A DNA stretch of 64,000 nt from a bacterium (lineage in GTDB: Bacteria > Margulisbacteria > Marinamargulisbacteria > GCA-2716485 > JAYNIM01). Both the position numbers and the translations under genes were made by a program. The stretch covers positions 71,045 to 135,044 of the forward strand of contig JAYNIM010000001.1 of assembly GCA_038109055.1 (NCBI GenBank). The letters are read 5' to 3'. How positions within the stretch are numbered: the stretch's first letter is position 1; every line of letters starts with the position of its first letter. Of the stretch, positions 28,992-39,090 are shown in pieces. The notes beneath the pieces are model-generated. The model was not told the origin of the DNA. It saw only the letters and a program-made list of their open reading frames with translations, and did not search any database.

Positions 28992-29688
28992 ATCAGATAT
29001 TCGTTTTTTTGATTTATTTTCGCAACAGACTTTGGTTATATCGTCGAGTCGACCTACCAGGTGTTTTTTTTGTTCTTCTATTCATTCACGAAACGTTTTT
29101 CCGGACTCTAAGAAAGGTATTCCTAAACTATTTAATATGATTCATTCAGAATTGGATATTGATGAGACGATTTTGGATACGTTGAAAACTATTAAATCAA
29201 CAGGTGCTAAATGTCGCTTATGGACGCCTTTATTATATTCATCTGATATTATTAATTCTTTTTTTGATTATGTGGATGAATGGGTGATTTATCTACCTGT
29301 TGCTAATCAGGCATTTTATCGTAAATTAACTGGATTTGATGCGTATGAACGGGTGCTCAAATCTTTGAATTTTTTAGGGGATCATCAGCAAGCTTTTTCC
29401 TTGTATATGCCGATTAAATCTGAAACCGTTTCTTATGTTCCGGATGTACATGATTTGGCTTTTCATTTTTCTGTTCCTTTATATCTTTATTTTTCTTCGC
29501 AAGCATTTAGACAGAGGGATACGGTGAAGTTTATTTTACGTTATCGCTCTATTAAGGATGTGTATGTTTTTAAGATGGCACAATCCGTGTTTTTTCCTTG
29601 CAGTGTAAAGAGGGGAACTTTGTTGGTTCCGCCTTGGCAGTGGGGGATGAATCGTTTGAGATATACATTATTTGGCTTTAAGAAATGA
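28981..29688 (+). CDS. Hypothetical protein with a degenerate radical-SAM-like sequence
   Basis: RPTRCFFC has only Cxx[18 protein letters not shown] resembles radical-SAM core helices. Confidence 0.5.
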   Translation: MVNKSDIRFFDLFSQQTLVISSSRPTRCFFCSSIHSRNVFPDSKKGIPKLFNMIHSELDIDETILDTLKTIKSTGAKCRLWTPLLYSSDIINSFFDYVDEWVIYLPVANQAFYRKLTGFDAYERVLKSLNFLGDHQQAFSLYMPIKSETVSYVPDVHDLAFHFSVPLYLYFSSQAFRQRDTVKFILRYRSIKDVYVFKMAQSVFFPCSVKRGTLLVPPWQWGMNRLRYTLFGFKK

Positions 29689-29769
29689 TGTTGAGGGTTC
29701 AGTTATTTACTGGTTATGGCTATTTTTTAAAGATAGTGCTTTTTTGTTTAAAACGCTATAATTTTTGAA

Positions 29770-30627
29770 ATGAGTATTCTAACGTTTCAGGTTATTATTG
29801 AAAAACTTCAGCGGTTTTGGCAGGCGCGGGATTGTGTGATTGTTCAGCCTTATGATGTTGAAAAAGGAGCGGGGACCATGAGTCCACATACCTTTTTGCG
29901 GGCATTAGGGGATGATCCTTGGCGTGTGGCGTATGTAGAGCCGTGTCGACGACCTACCGATGGGCGTTATGCTGAAAACCCTAATCGTTTGCAGCATTAT
30001 TTTCAGTATCAGGTTTTGTTAAAACCTTCGCCGAAAGATGTACAGGCTGTTTACATTGATAGTTTGATTGCGATTGGGATTGATCCGAAACAGCATGATA
30101 TTCGTTTTGTTGAAGATAATTGGGAATCCCCGACTTTGGGGGCTTGGGGCTTGGGCTGGGAAGTGTGGTTGGATGGAATGGAAATTACGCAGTTTACCTA
30201 TTTTCAACAGTGTGGGGGCTTTCCTTGTGACCCTGTTTCGGTGGAATTGACCTATGGTTTAGAGCGTTTGGCGTGTTTTATTCAAGGCAAGGACAGTGTC
30301 TTTGATATTGTCTGGCAAACTCAGGGTGATAAAGAGATTTTATATTCGGATATTTATAAGCGATCAGAAATAGAACAGTGTCATTATAATTTTGAGTTGG
30401 CTTCTAAAGACCGTTTAGGGATTTTTTTTGACGGGTATGAACAGGAATCCTTACGTTGTATTCAAAAATCATTGGTGTATCCAGCTTATGATGCCTGTTT
30501 GAAGTGTTCGCATCTTTTTAATTTATTGGATGCCCGTGCTGCGATTTCAGTGTCTGAACGCCAGCAGTATATTTTACGAATTCGTCAATTGGCCAAATCA
30601 ATTGCGGAGGTCTATCTGAATGGTTAA
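29770..30627 (+). CDS. glyQ: Glycine-tRNA ligase alpha subunit
   Basis: [42 protein letters not shown] and TYGLERLA. Confidence 0.98.
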   Translation: MSILTFQVIIEKLQRFWQARDCVIVQPYDVEKGAGTMSPHTFLRALGDDPWRVAYVEPCRRPTDGRYAENPNRLQHYFQYQVLLKPSPKDVQAVYIDSLIAIGIDPKQHDIRFVEDNWESPTLGAWGLGWEVWLDGMEITQFTYFQQCGGFPCDPVSVELTYGLERLACFIQGKDSVFDIVWQTQGDKEILYSDIYKRSEIEQCHYNFELASKDRLGIFFDGYEQESLRCIQKSLVYPAYDACLKCSHLFNLLDARAAISVSERQQYILRIRQLAKSIAEVYLNG

Positions 30628-32671
30628 GTATGTCTTTGAATTGGGACTTGAAGAAGTTCCGGCTCGTTTTTGTCGTTCATTGACAACTTTGGTTGACGAG
30701 CGAATACGGCAGTCATTATCTGATGCGCGTCTTTCTTTTGACGGGGTGTCGGTGATGATGACGTATCGGCGTTTGGTTATTTGTATTGATGGGTTGGCGG
30801 AGTCACAGACGGATATTTCTCAGCAGGTGATGGGGCCGCCATGTCAGGTTGCGTATGATGCTGAGGGGCAGTTAACTGCTGCAGGACAGGGGTTTTTAAG
30901 AAAAATTGGAGTGGATATTTCGCAGGTGCAAACCAAGCAGGATGCGAAAGGTCGGGATGTGTTGTTCGTAGAAAAATCCGAGTTGGGTTCTCCTACCTCT
31001 CAATGTTTAGGCGCGTTGATTCAGACACTGGTCGAGAACTTACCTTTGTCGATTGCGATGCGTTGGGGTCAGGGGCAGGGGCCTTTTGTTCGTCCTGTGC
31101 AGTGGGTATTGAGTCTGCTGAATGATCAGCTACTGCCGATAACTTTGTTTGGGGTGACCGCAGATCTCTATACTTTTGGACATCGCTTTTTGTCTGAGGA
31201 TAGGTCTGATCATTGGTTAGGATTGAGGATCTCTGTAAGATCGGCAGAGACCTTTATTCAGCAATTGCAAGATGAAGGGCAGGTAATTTTAGATCCGACA
31301 CAGCGCAAGCAGGTGATTTGTGATGCTTTGCCTGATGGGGCTATGTTCGTGGATGATACTTTGTTGGAGGAATTAGTGTATTTGTCGGAATGTCCAGGGG
31401 TGTTGAGGGCTAAGATCACCGATGATTTTTTGACCTTGCCTCATGTTGTCGTTGAAACCTGTTTGACCAAGCATCAAAAATATATTCCTCTTAAAGATGC
31501 AGATGGGCGTTTGACGGGGGACTATGTTCTTGTATCGGATAATTTGACTGCGGATAATGATGCAACGATACGTCAAGGTAATGAACGGGTGTTGGTGGCA
31601 CGATTACGGGATGCACAGTTTTTTTGGGAACAGGATCAGAAAGTAGGTTTGATGGCCTATGCACAGCGTTTGGAGGGATTGGTTTATCAAGCTGGTTTGG
31701 GGAGTATGGCGGATAAGCAGCGACGACTATTGGCTATATCTAGACAGTTAGCTGAGGCTTATTTTTCCTGTGATACAGCAAGTTTGGAGGCGTTGTGTGC
31801 CTGTTCGAAGGCGGATTTGATGTCGTTGATGGTGCAGGAGTTTCCGTCACTTCAAGGATATATGGCGGAGGCGTATGCCCGTTTGGAGGGGGCTCCAGAG
31901 TTACTTTGTGTTGCTTTGAGAGAACAATATGAACCACGCACAGCTTCAGGGACATTACCGCAAAGTGATTTGGGAGTGATGCTTGCGATGGCGGATCGTT
32001 TAGATCATTGTGTTGCGGCTTTTATTTTGGAACAAAATCCCAGTGGCTCGCGTGATCCATTGGGGATACGACGTTCGGTGGTGGCTCTGCTGCGTATTGC
32101 TTTGGATCGGGATTTGGATGTGAATTTTTCTGAGTTGTTTCGCTGTGTATATGAGGTTTATGGAAAGGAGTCACTTTATGCGGCACATGCAGAGGTGATA
32201 GAAACCTTTGTGTTGCAGCGCATTCAGTCGCAGTTTGAGGCTTTGGGATTGGCTTATGATGTGGTGGCAGCGGTGTTGCCGCTTTCGTATGTGTCTCTTG
32301 TTACGGCTTATCGCCGCGCTTTGGATTTGGCTGATTTTAAAGCAAAGGATGTATCGGGGTATAAAGCCTTTGTTGAAACAGGCCTTCGTGTTAGACGTTT
32401 ATTACAAAAGCAGGATTCCTTTGTCTTAGATGAGGGCTTATTTGAGATGGATATTGAGCGAGATGCTTATCTTGGTTTACAGAATTGTGTTACACAAGAG
32501 GTGCTATCTTTACAGGCTTTAACGCCTTTTGTGACTGTTATGACGCGTTATTTTGAAGATGTGTTGGTGATGCATGATAAACGTGATATCCAGCAAAATC
32601 GTTTGGCGTTTTTACAGCAGTGTCATGCTGTGTTTGCTACTTGGGGAGACTTAGAAACATTAGTATTGTAG
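30620..32671 (+). CDS. glyS: Glycine-tRNA ligase beta subunit
   Basis: [13 protein letters not shown]...[31 protein letters not shown] and [10 protein letters not shown]. Confidence 0.96.
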   Translation: MVKYVFELGLEEVPARFCRSLTTLVDERIRQSLSDARLSFDGVSVMMTYRRLVICIDGLAESQTDISQQVMGPPCQVAYDAEGQLTAAGQGFLRKIGVDISQVQTKQDAKGRDVLFVEKSELGSPTSQCLGALIQTLVENLPLSIAMRWGQGQGPFVRPVQWVLSLLNDQLLPITLFGVTADLYTFGHRFLSEDRSDHWLGLRISVRSAETFIQQLQDEGQVILDPTQRKQVICDALPDGAMFVDDTLLEELVYLSECPGVLRAKITDDFLTLPHVVVETCLTKHQKYIPLKDADGRLTGDYVLVSDNLTADNDATIRQGNERVLVARLRDAQFFWEQDQKVGLMAYAQRLEGLVYQAGLGSMADKQRRLLAISRQLAEAYFSCDTASLEALCACSKADLMSLMVQEFPSLQGYMAEAYARLEGAPELLCVALREQYEPRTASGTLPQSDLGVMLAMADRLDHCVAAFILEQNPSGSRDPLGIRRSVVALLRIALDRDLDVNFSELFRCVYEVYGKESLYAAHAEVIETFVLQRIQSQFEALGLAYDVVAAVLPLSYVSLVTAYRRALDLADFKAKDVSGYKAFVETGLRVRRLLQKQDSFVLDEGLFEMDIERDAYLGLQNCVTQEVLSLQALTPFVTVMTRYFEDVLVMHDKRDIQQNRLAFLQQCHAVFATWGDLETLVL

Positions 32672-33672
32672 CTCGTTCGTTAATTTTACAGAGTCATGAA
32701 CAAGGTTGGGCGGGTATTTCGCTGCAGACCTCTGAGCTCTCACCGCCTCAATCGATGGAGTTACAGTTGCGTTTGATTTCTGCGGCAGTGAATCCAGCTG
32801 ATATTAATATGATCGAAGGGCGCTATTTGATTCAACCGCCATTGGGATTTTGTTTGGGGAATGAAGGTGTCTTTGAGGTGATTACTGTTGGGGAGGATGT
32901 GCATGGTTTTAAGGTAGGGGATCGTGTTATTTTGCCCTTTAAGGATGAACAGTCTTGGGTGGGGGGATGGTGTAGTCATTGTGTGGTATCGGCTGAGTCG
33001 GCGGTCAAGGTACCTGAAGGCATATCAGATCATTTAGCGGGCATGTCGACGGTGAACCCTTTGACCGCGTTATTGTTATTGACGCGTTTTGTGACTTTGG
33101 ACCCTACATTGCCGATGATTCAAAATGCGGCAAATAGTAACTTGGGCCGTTGGGTAGCCGCATTTGTGAAACGTTTGGGGGTGACTTGTATTCATATTGT
33201 CCGTTCACAACGGGCGCTTGAGAGTTTGTCGGAGGCTGATCAACGGACGGCCTTGGTCTATGAAAAAGGGATAGAAACACAGGTGTTGGATCGTTATGGC
33301 TATTGTCAGTTGGCGTTAAACGGGGTAGGGGGTGATCAGGCTAAATCCTTGGCCAAGGTATTGGCCCCTCATGCGTCATTGGTGACCTATGGCGCGATGG
33401 CAAAGCAACCCTTATCTTTTGGAAATGGGCTGTTTATTTTTCAGAATATTGTTTTAACAGGCTTTAATAGAAGTCGTTTCTTGCAGGAACATCCTGTTGC
33501 TGAAATTCGAGAGTTGTATGAGTGTGTCTTTGAATGGATGTTGGACGTGGATCCGTCTTTTTTTCCTGTTTCTAAGACGTTTTCATTAGATTCGTATAAC
33601 CAGGCCTTGGATCATGTGTTGTCGAATGAGCGTTTAGCTAAGGTTCTTTTTGTTGGGGATGGGGTTAAGTAG
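32620..33672 (+). CDS. Zn-independent MDR, trans-2-enoyl thioester reductase (Etr1/MECR-like); start uncertain
   Basis: AAVNPADINMIEGRY, GNEGV, TVNPLTA, IQNAANS, LALNGVGG and LVTYGAMAKQP. Confidence 0.82.
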   Translation: MSCCVCYLGRLRNISIVARSLILQSHEQGWAGISLQTSELSPPQSMELQLRLISAAVNPADINMIEGRYLIQPPLGFCLGNEGVFEVITVGEDVHGFKVGDRVILPFKDEQSWVGGWCSHCVVSAESAVKVPEGISDHLAGMSTVNPLTALLLLTRFVTLDPTLPMIQNAANSNLGRWVAAFVKRLGVTCIHIVRSQRALESLSEADQRTALVYEKGIETQVLDRYGYCQLALNGVGGDQAKSLAKVLAPHASLVTYGAMAKQPLSFGNGLFIFQNIVLTGFNRSRFLQEHPVAEIRELYECVFEWMLDVDPSFFPVSKTFSLDSYNQALDHVLSNERLAKVLFVGDGVK

Positions 33673-33909
33673 TTTTTGTGGTTTATTTTCGTTAAGAAGC
33701 CGGAGAAGATCTGTGTTAACTTGCTAAAGGAGCTGGAGCGATTATACATCTAACAATTACATTTAGTGGATCACAGATAATAAAGAATGGGAAGTCAATT
33801 AAGGTCATTCTTGATTTGCTAGAAGGAGAAGGTTCAACTGATGCTCTATTGAACATTTTTTCATAGTGTGATGATCAGACTGTTTCGTATTAATAGTAGT
33901 TATATTTTT

Positions 33910-34752
33910 TTATGATAAATGTTGGTCTAGACCAGGAAAGGGTGTGATATTGCCTGCTAGAGTGGCCTGTAATTTGGGGAGGTTTTTATTTTTCTCTTCC
34001 TCAGATCTGAAGCTTGTTTTGTGGTGAAGGTGATAGACAAAACATGAATATTTGGCTGATTTACGGAAGATGTTTTTTGCTAGGAGTCTGACTAGTAGAT
34101 CACTATCTTCATATCCCCAATCTTGGTAATTTTCATTAAATCCATTTACAAGAAGGAGATCTTTTTTCCATATGGCAAAGCAGCTTGCTGTTTTTTTCCA
34201 TTCTGTTTTTTGTGTATAACGTAGTTTTCCTAAAGGAAGGTTGATACTGGCTAAATATTTGTTGAGGTTTCCTTTTATTCGTTCTTTTAATACCCATAAT
34301 GTTTTTTTCTTGGCTAAGGAAAAAGGTTTTTTTAAAAATAAATCAGTTAGGTCTTTATTGATAAAGATACGTTGATGGAGGCAAAAATAATTTTTTTGGG
34401 CATGTTTTCGATGGTTTGCAATGAAATGTTCGTTGCATATGTTGTCTTGATCAAGAAAAATAATGTAGTCGCCTTTAGCCTTTGCAATGCCTTTATTGCG
34501 TGTTTTTGAAATGTGGAAGCGGATATGTTTTTGCCATAAAAATGTGAGCGTATAGCCTAAATTTTTCTTTAGTTTATTGATCATGTTTTCTGTTTCTTTG
34601 TTTGACCCATCATCTGATACAATTACTTCAAAGTTAGTGTCTGTTTGTTCATTAAGCGCGATTAAGCATTGCTCGAGTGCCTCTGGCCAATTGAAGCTTG
34701 TAATTACCACGGAGATGAGCATGGTTTTGGGATTAATGTTCGTTTTGTTCAT
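33910..34752 (-). CDS. Glycosyltransferase family 2
   Basis: SVVITSFN, VIVSDDGS, IFLDQD, VNGFNENYQDWGYEDSDL and HLHH. Confidence 0.9.
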   Translation of the reverse strand: MNKTNINPKTMLISVVITSFNWPEALEQCLIALNEQTDTNFEVIVSDDGSNKETENMINKLKKNLGYTLTFLWQKHIRFHISKTRNKGIAKAKGDYIIFLDQDNICNEHFIANHRKHAQKNYFCLHQRIFINKDLTDLFLKKPFSLAKKKTLWVLKERIKGNLNKYLASINLPLGKLRYTQKTEWKKTASCFAIWKKDLLLVNGFNENYQDWGYEDSDLLVRLLAKNIFRKSAKYSCFVYHLHHKTSFRSEEEKNKNLPKLQATLAGNITPFPGLDQHLS

Positions 34753-34783
34753 GTCTTGATGGTAGATCGAAGTGATGCTTGCG

Positions 34784-35887
34784 TCAATTTTGATTGTTTG
34801 ATTGATTCGTATTTAAATCGGGAAATCGGTTAAATAAGGATTGTGTAAATAAGTTCTCAAGTTCTTCGGTGGATTCTGGGGATGAGCCGAAGACATGTTC
34901 GAACATATCCCAGCGTTCCATGCATAAATATAGCATAGGTTGAGAGGGGGATTGGGCATGATGGGGGCCTAGATGAGCGACCTGTAATGTGCGGCAGAGT
35001 TTTTTGTATATATGGGTGTAGAGCTCTTTTCTTAGGGGTTTGAGGTAGCGCATTTTGCCGTCTGGGCCGGTGACCATTTCGTTTTCTAGGGCCTTGGATT
35101 TGGGATAGAGGCTTTGCATACTGAGGCGCATTTTTGGATTAAAACGTAAACTTCCCATGGATATCCACGCGATTGTTTCGGGACGAATCTCAGCGAAAAT
35201 AGCGTCAATCATGTTGTTATAGCCTTGTTGCCAGTTTTGGTAGAGCATTAAGGGTTCGAAATGTAGGCCAATTTTGTAACCGGCTTCTTGGCAGCGTTTA
35301 GCGGCAGTGAGTCGTTTTGTAAGAGAGGCTGTTTTATATTCTTCTTTTTGACATATCTCTTCACTGTTCATGGACCAAGAGACCACTGTTTTTCCTTTGT
35401 GATTTAGCGGGAGTATCCTGTCTACACAATCTGATTTGGTCTTCAGTTCTAGAATGGCGCGTGGGATTTTTGCGAATTCTTTTATCAGTTTTCCTGCTTG
35501 CCCTGTTTGATTTTCTAAGGCAAGTGAATCTCCCAGTTCCCAGGTGCCAACGCGGATAAATGCGTGGGGGTTTTTTTCGAGATAATCTGTGACCTCTTTG
35601 ACAAGTGCGGGGATGTCCTTGGTGACTTGGAGCTGGGTATTGCTGAGGTAATCTTGTAAAAAACAGTAGCTGCATTCGTAGGGGCAGTTGCTGACGGTTT
35701 TAAGGACTTTGACATTGCAACAGATGTAATCGTCTCCTTTGGCAGAACAGGTATCAAAGGCCTGGCCTTTTTTGGCGACGAATTGAATGCTTTTTTTACC
35801 TATGCGTAGATCCTTTTTTTGCAGTGTGTCGGAACTGCTTTGGATGGGAAGGGTGTCTTTTTCTTTTATTTTTTTGCTCTCTGTCAT
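34784..35887 (-). CDS. Spore photoproduct lyase (SplB)-like radical SAM protein
   Basis: NCPYECSYCFLQ, ELKTKS, TVVSWS, E...ASLTKRL, GLHFEP, ISMGSLRF, GKMRY and YLCME. Confidence 0.88.
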   Translation of the reverse strand: MTESKKIKEKDTLPIQSSSDTLQKKDLRIGKKSIQFVAKKGQAFDTCSAKGDDYICCNVKVLKTVSNCPYECSYCFLQDYLSNTQLQVTKDIPALVKEVTDYLEKNPHAFIRVGTWELGDSLALENQTGQAGKLIKEFAKIPRAILELKTKSDCVDRILPLNHKGKTVVSWSMNSEEICQKEEYKTASLTKRLTAAKRCQEAGYKIGLHFEPLMLYQNWQQGYNNMIDAIFAEIRPETIAWISMGSLRFNPKMRLSMQSLYPKSKALENEMVTGPDGKMRYLKPLRKELYTHIYKKLCRTLQVAHLGPHHAQSPSQPMLYLCMERWDMFEHVFGSSPESTEELENLFTQSLFNRFPDLNTNQSNNQN

Positions 35888-35906
35888 ATTTCTATCTGTT
35901 GATTAT

Positions 35907-36857
35907 TTATAACATGTCTAATAAGCGGTCTATTTTCGTTAGTTGGGTCGTATTGACTGAGTTTAGTGTGTCTGAGAGCATGTTTTTTTTGTGGGTGTGG
36001 ATCTGTAAGGTAAGCGCGTGTGTTTCGAGGCTTTTGTCCCAGATTAGGTCGATATTTTTAGGAAGGTTTAAGGCGTGGATTTGGCGCTTAATTTCCTTGT
36101 GATAGTAATGAAGAGTTGGTTTGGCATTCATTTTTAATTTTTCAAGGAAGGCGTTTTGGAGGCGTTTATTTTGTGAGGCTAGTTGGGGGTTGTTTGTTAG
36201 AATATCCTTTAGTTCGTCTGTTATCGAGACTGTATGTTGTTTGCTTTGTTCGATATAGCTTGCGGCTAGGATAAAGTTTGAGGCGGTCCATTGTAGTTGG
36301 GGATTTAATGCAATAAGTTGTTCTAGGGTGCTTTTTTTGAAGGTGATGATTTTTTTGCAGTGGGTAAAGCTGAATTTTTTTTCGCGGCAAAAGTGAAGGA
36401 TGTTGGGGCTGAGTTGACTAAGTTTTTTGAGGTTGTGGAAATAACTTTTTTTCTGGGAGCTTGTTTCCAGGTTTTGTGTGTTTGAAGAGAGGGGGTGGGT
36501 TTCTTGTGTTAGGAGTGGGCTGTGTTCTCTGCCGAGTGTTTGTAAGAGTAGTGCTTGAATGATGGGGTTTTGGATCTGTTTGCTTTTGAGGGCGTGTATG
36601 AGCTGAAAAAGTTCTTTTGGAGTTTGGCAGGGGTGGGTACATGCGGGGACCTTTGTCATGTTTTGTTGCTGGGCCCAATATAGGCGTTTGAATCCGTCGA
36701 TCAGGAGGGGTGTCTCTTTGTATATGGCGATATGTAAGGGGCTAAGGATGCCGTGTTGAGTAAGGGCGTGAGTGAGTAGGGGGTCTTTTTCTTGGGAAAG
36801 GCAGTATTTGAGTAGGACAGAAATTTGATGTGTAGGCATACTTAAGACTGTTTTCAT
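35907..36857 (-). CDS. ParB/Srx N-terminal domain protein
   Basis: ALTQHGILSPLHI...LLIDGFKRL is a ParB-like core, followed by a helical region. Confidence 0.7.
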   Translation of the reverse strand: MKTVLSMPTHQISVLLKYCLSQEKDPLLTHALTQHGILSPLHIAIYKETPLLIDGFKRLYWAQQQNMTKVPACTHPCQTPKELFQLIHALKSKQIQNPIIQALLLQTLGREHSPLLTQETHPLSSNTQNLETSSQKKSYFHNLKKLSQLSPNILHFCREKKFSFTHCKKIITFKKSTLEQLIALNPQLQWTASNFILAASYIEQSKQHTVSITDELKDILTNNPQLASQNKRLQNAFLEKLKMNAKPTLHYYHKEIKRQIHALNLPKNIDLIWDKSLETHALTLQIHTHKKNMLSDTLNSVNTTQLTKIDRLLDML

Positions 36858-36932
36858 GCCTTTTATATTAGCATAAGTACATTTAGGCCTCTTTTCTTGA
36901 CTTTCTTCTAAAGCTATACAAGCATATAGAGT

Positions 36933-38294
36933 ATGACAATAGATGATTATTTAAAGACTCAGCGTGTTAAACATCTTGATGATTTGCAGCCTTTTTTAAA
37001 GATAGCCTCTGTTTCTGCAGACCCTAAGTTTAAACAACAGGTTCTTGACTGTGCAGATTATCTTAAGGGCTATTGTGAAAAGATGGGTTTTGACGAGGTA
37101 TCTGTGTTGAATACGGAGGGTTTTCCGGTGGTTTTTGCGCGCTTGGGAGAGGATACTGCTAAGCCAACGGTCTTGTTTTATGGGCATTATGATGTTCAGC
37201 CTGCGGATCCCTTGGATTTATGGCATAGTTCTCCGTTTGACCCTACTATTCGAGATGGGTATATCTACGCACGGGGTGTGGCAGATGATAAAGGTCAGGT
37301 ATTTTGTCATTTATTGGCGATTCAGGCCTTGATTGAGCAAAAGATTGAGCTGCCCGTAAATATTAAGATCCTTATTGAAGGTGAAGAAGAAATTGGCAGT
37401 CCTCATTTAGCAGATTTACTGGAACGTGAACAAGAGCGTTTGTCGGCTGATTATATTGTGATTTCTGATACGCCGATGTTTTCAAAGGAACAACCGTCTT
37501 TATGTACGTCATTACGGGGCTTGGTGCATAGTGAAATTAAAATTGCGGCATTATCGGGTGATTTGCATTCGGGGCAGCATGGCGGGGCTGTTCATAATCC
37601 CATTGATGTTTTGGCTCATTTATTAACACAGTTAAAAGATAAAAAGGGGCGTATTCAGATTCCGGGTTTTTATGAGGATGTTTTAGCTATTAGTGAAGCT
37701 CAAAAAGAAGCACTTTCTAGTTTGGATTTCTGCCAAGATACGTATTATCAGTCTTTGGGTGCTGGTAAGGGCTTTGGTGAAGAGGGGTATAATTGTTTAG
37801 AACGCCGTTGGTATCGGCCGACCTTGGATTGTAATGGAATTTGGGGAGGCTATACGGGTGAGGGCTCTAAGACGGTATTGCCGGCAGAAGCTTCGATGAA
37901 GCTCTCATTGCGATTGGTTGCCAATCAGGATCCACAGCGCATTAAAGAGGCGTTGGATCGTTTTGTGATAGCCTGCTGTCCGCCCCATGTGTCGTTGTCG
38001 ATACAGACAGAAGCTGATGGGCATGCCTATCATTGTAATCTTGATAGTAAGGCGATGTCTGCCGCGTCTGTTGCGATTGAAAAGTCTTTTGGTAAGCGCC
38101 CTTTATTAACTGGCGAAGGGGGCTCGATTCCGATTGTGCCGATGATGGCGACGCTTTTGCAGGCTGATGTGGTGTTGATGGGTTTTAATTTACCCGATGA
38201 TGCTATTCATGCGCCGAATGAACGCTTTTTGTTGGATCATTTTTATAAAGGGATCAACGCTGCGGTCGTGTTTTATAAGGATTTTGGACAATAG
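36933..38294 (+). CDS. M20 family dipeptidase (CNDP/Dug1-like)
   Basis: YGHYDVQP, ARGVADDKGQ, EGEEEIGS, DLHSG, GGSIP and HAPNE. Confidence 0.92.
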   Translation: MTIDDYLKTQRVKHLDDLQPFLKIASVSADPKFKQQVLDCADYLKGYCEKMGFDEVSVLNTEGFPVVFARLGEDTAKPTVLFYGHYDVQPADPLDLWHSSPFDPTIRDGYIYARGVADDKGQVFCHLLAIQALIEQKIELPVNIKILIEGEEEIGSPHLADLLEREQERLSADYIVISDTPMFSKEQPSLCTSLRGLVHSEIKIAALSGDLHSGQHGGAVHNPIDVLAHLLTQLKDKKGRIQIPGFYEDVLAISEAQKEALSSLDFCQDTYYQSLGAGKGFGEEGYNCLERRWYRPTLDCNGIWGGYTGEGSKTVLPAEASMKLSLRLVANQDPQRIKEALDRFVIACCPPHVSLSIQTEADGHAYHCNLDSKAMSAASVAIEKSFGKRPLLTGEGGSIPIVPMMATLLQADVVLMGFNLPDDAIHAPNERFLLDHFYKGINAAVVFYKDFGQ

Positions 38295-38315
38295 TTGACG
38301 TTTTAATTGACTAAC

Positions 38316-38990
38316 TTACCAAGGAAGTGACTCTCCATTACTATGTAAAAATTGGCCACTATTTTCTAAATTTAAGGCTTCGATGCGTGTGATTAAATTC
38401 TTGGCAGACTCCTGAACTGTTAATGGACCAGAATACCCTGTCATTTGGGTTTGGACCCAGCCGGGATGAAAAATGCCTACCGCAATGCCTTGTTCTTTTA
38501 GATCAATACTTAAGGATTTTCCAGCAGCATTTAGGGCGGCTTTGCTCATTCGATAACCATAGCGACCGCCTGAATCATTATCCGCAATAGAGCCCATACG
38601 GCTGGTGATTAAAATAAGTTTGCTGTTTTCTTTAAGGGTGTCTAAAAAGTGGTGTGTGATGAGTAATGGCGCTAGGCTATTGGTGATGAATTGATTTTTG
38701 ATTTGAAAGACAGAGGTTGAATCTAGGTGTTGGATGTTTTCGTTTTGTAAGACCCCGGCATTGTTAATAAGGATATCAAAGCTGTTACATTCGCAGCTGT
38801 TTTTGGCGCTTTGAATATCTTTTTTTTCTCTTATATCGATATTAGAGATGACTTGGCTTGCGATGGCCTCTATGTCTGGGCTGCTATGTCGGCAGATGGC
38901 GGTAATTTTATGTCCTTGTGTATGGAGTTGTTTGGCGAGTTCAAGACCAATACCTCGATTTGCACCAGTGATAAGTATCTGATTGCTCAT
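38316..38990 (-). CDS. Short-chain dehydrogenase (CsgA/C-factor-like)
   Basis: TGANRGIG, NNAG, YRMSK and HPGWVQT; start at ATG 38990 with an AGGAG RBS. Confidence 0.9.
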   Translation of the reverse strand: MSNQILITGANRGIGLELAKQLHTQGHKITAICRHSSPDIEAIASQVISNIDIREKKDIQSAKNSCECNSFDILINNAGVLQNENIQHLDSTSVFQIKNQFITNSLAPLLITHHFLDTLKENSKLILITSRMGSIADNDSGGRYGYRMSKAALNAAGKSLSIDLKEQGIAVGIFHPGWVQTQMTGYSGPLTVQESAKNLITRIEALNLENSGQFLHSNGESLPW

Positions 38991-39090
38991 TTTTACTCCT
39001 TTTTTTTTATTTGAGTATAGCAAAGTCTTTATTTTTATATCTAGGTATTTGATATTGTTCCCTTTTTTTAAACCATATATGATGTCATGA

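Noticed and set aside
35907..36857. Canonical chromosome-partitioning ParB
   Set aside because: There is no adjacent parA, the GxRR box reads GFKR, and no parS palindrome was noticed; kept only as a ParB-N-domain protein.
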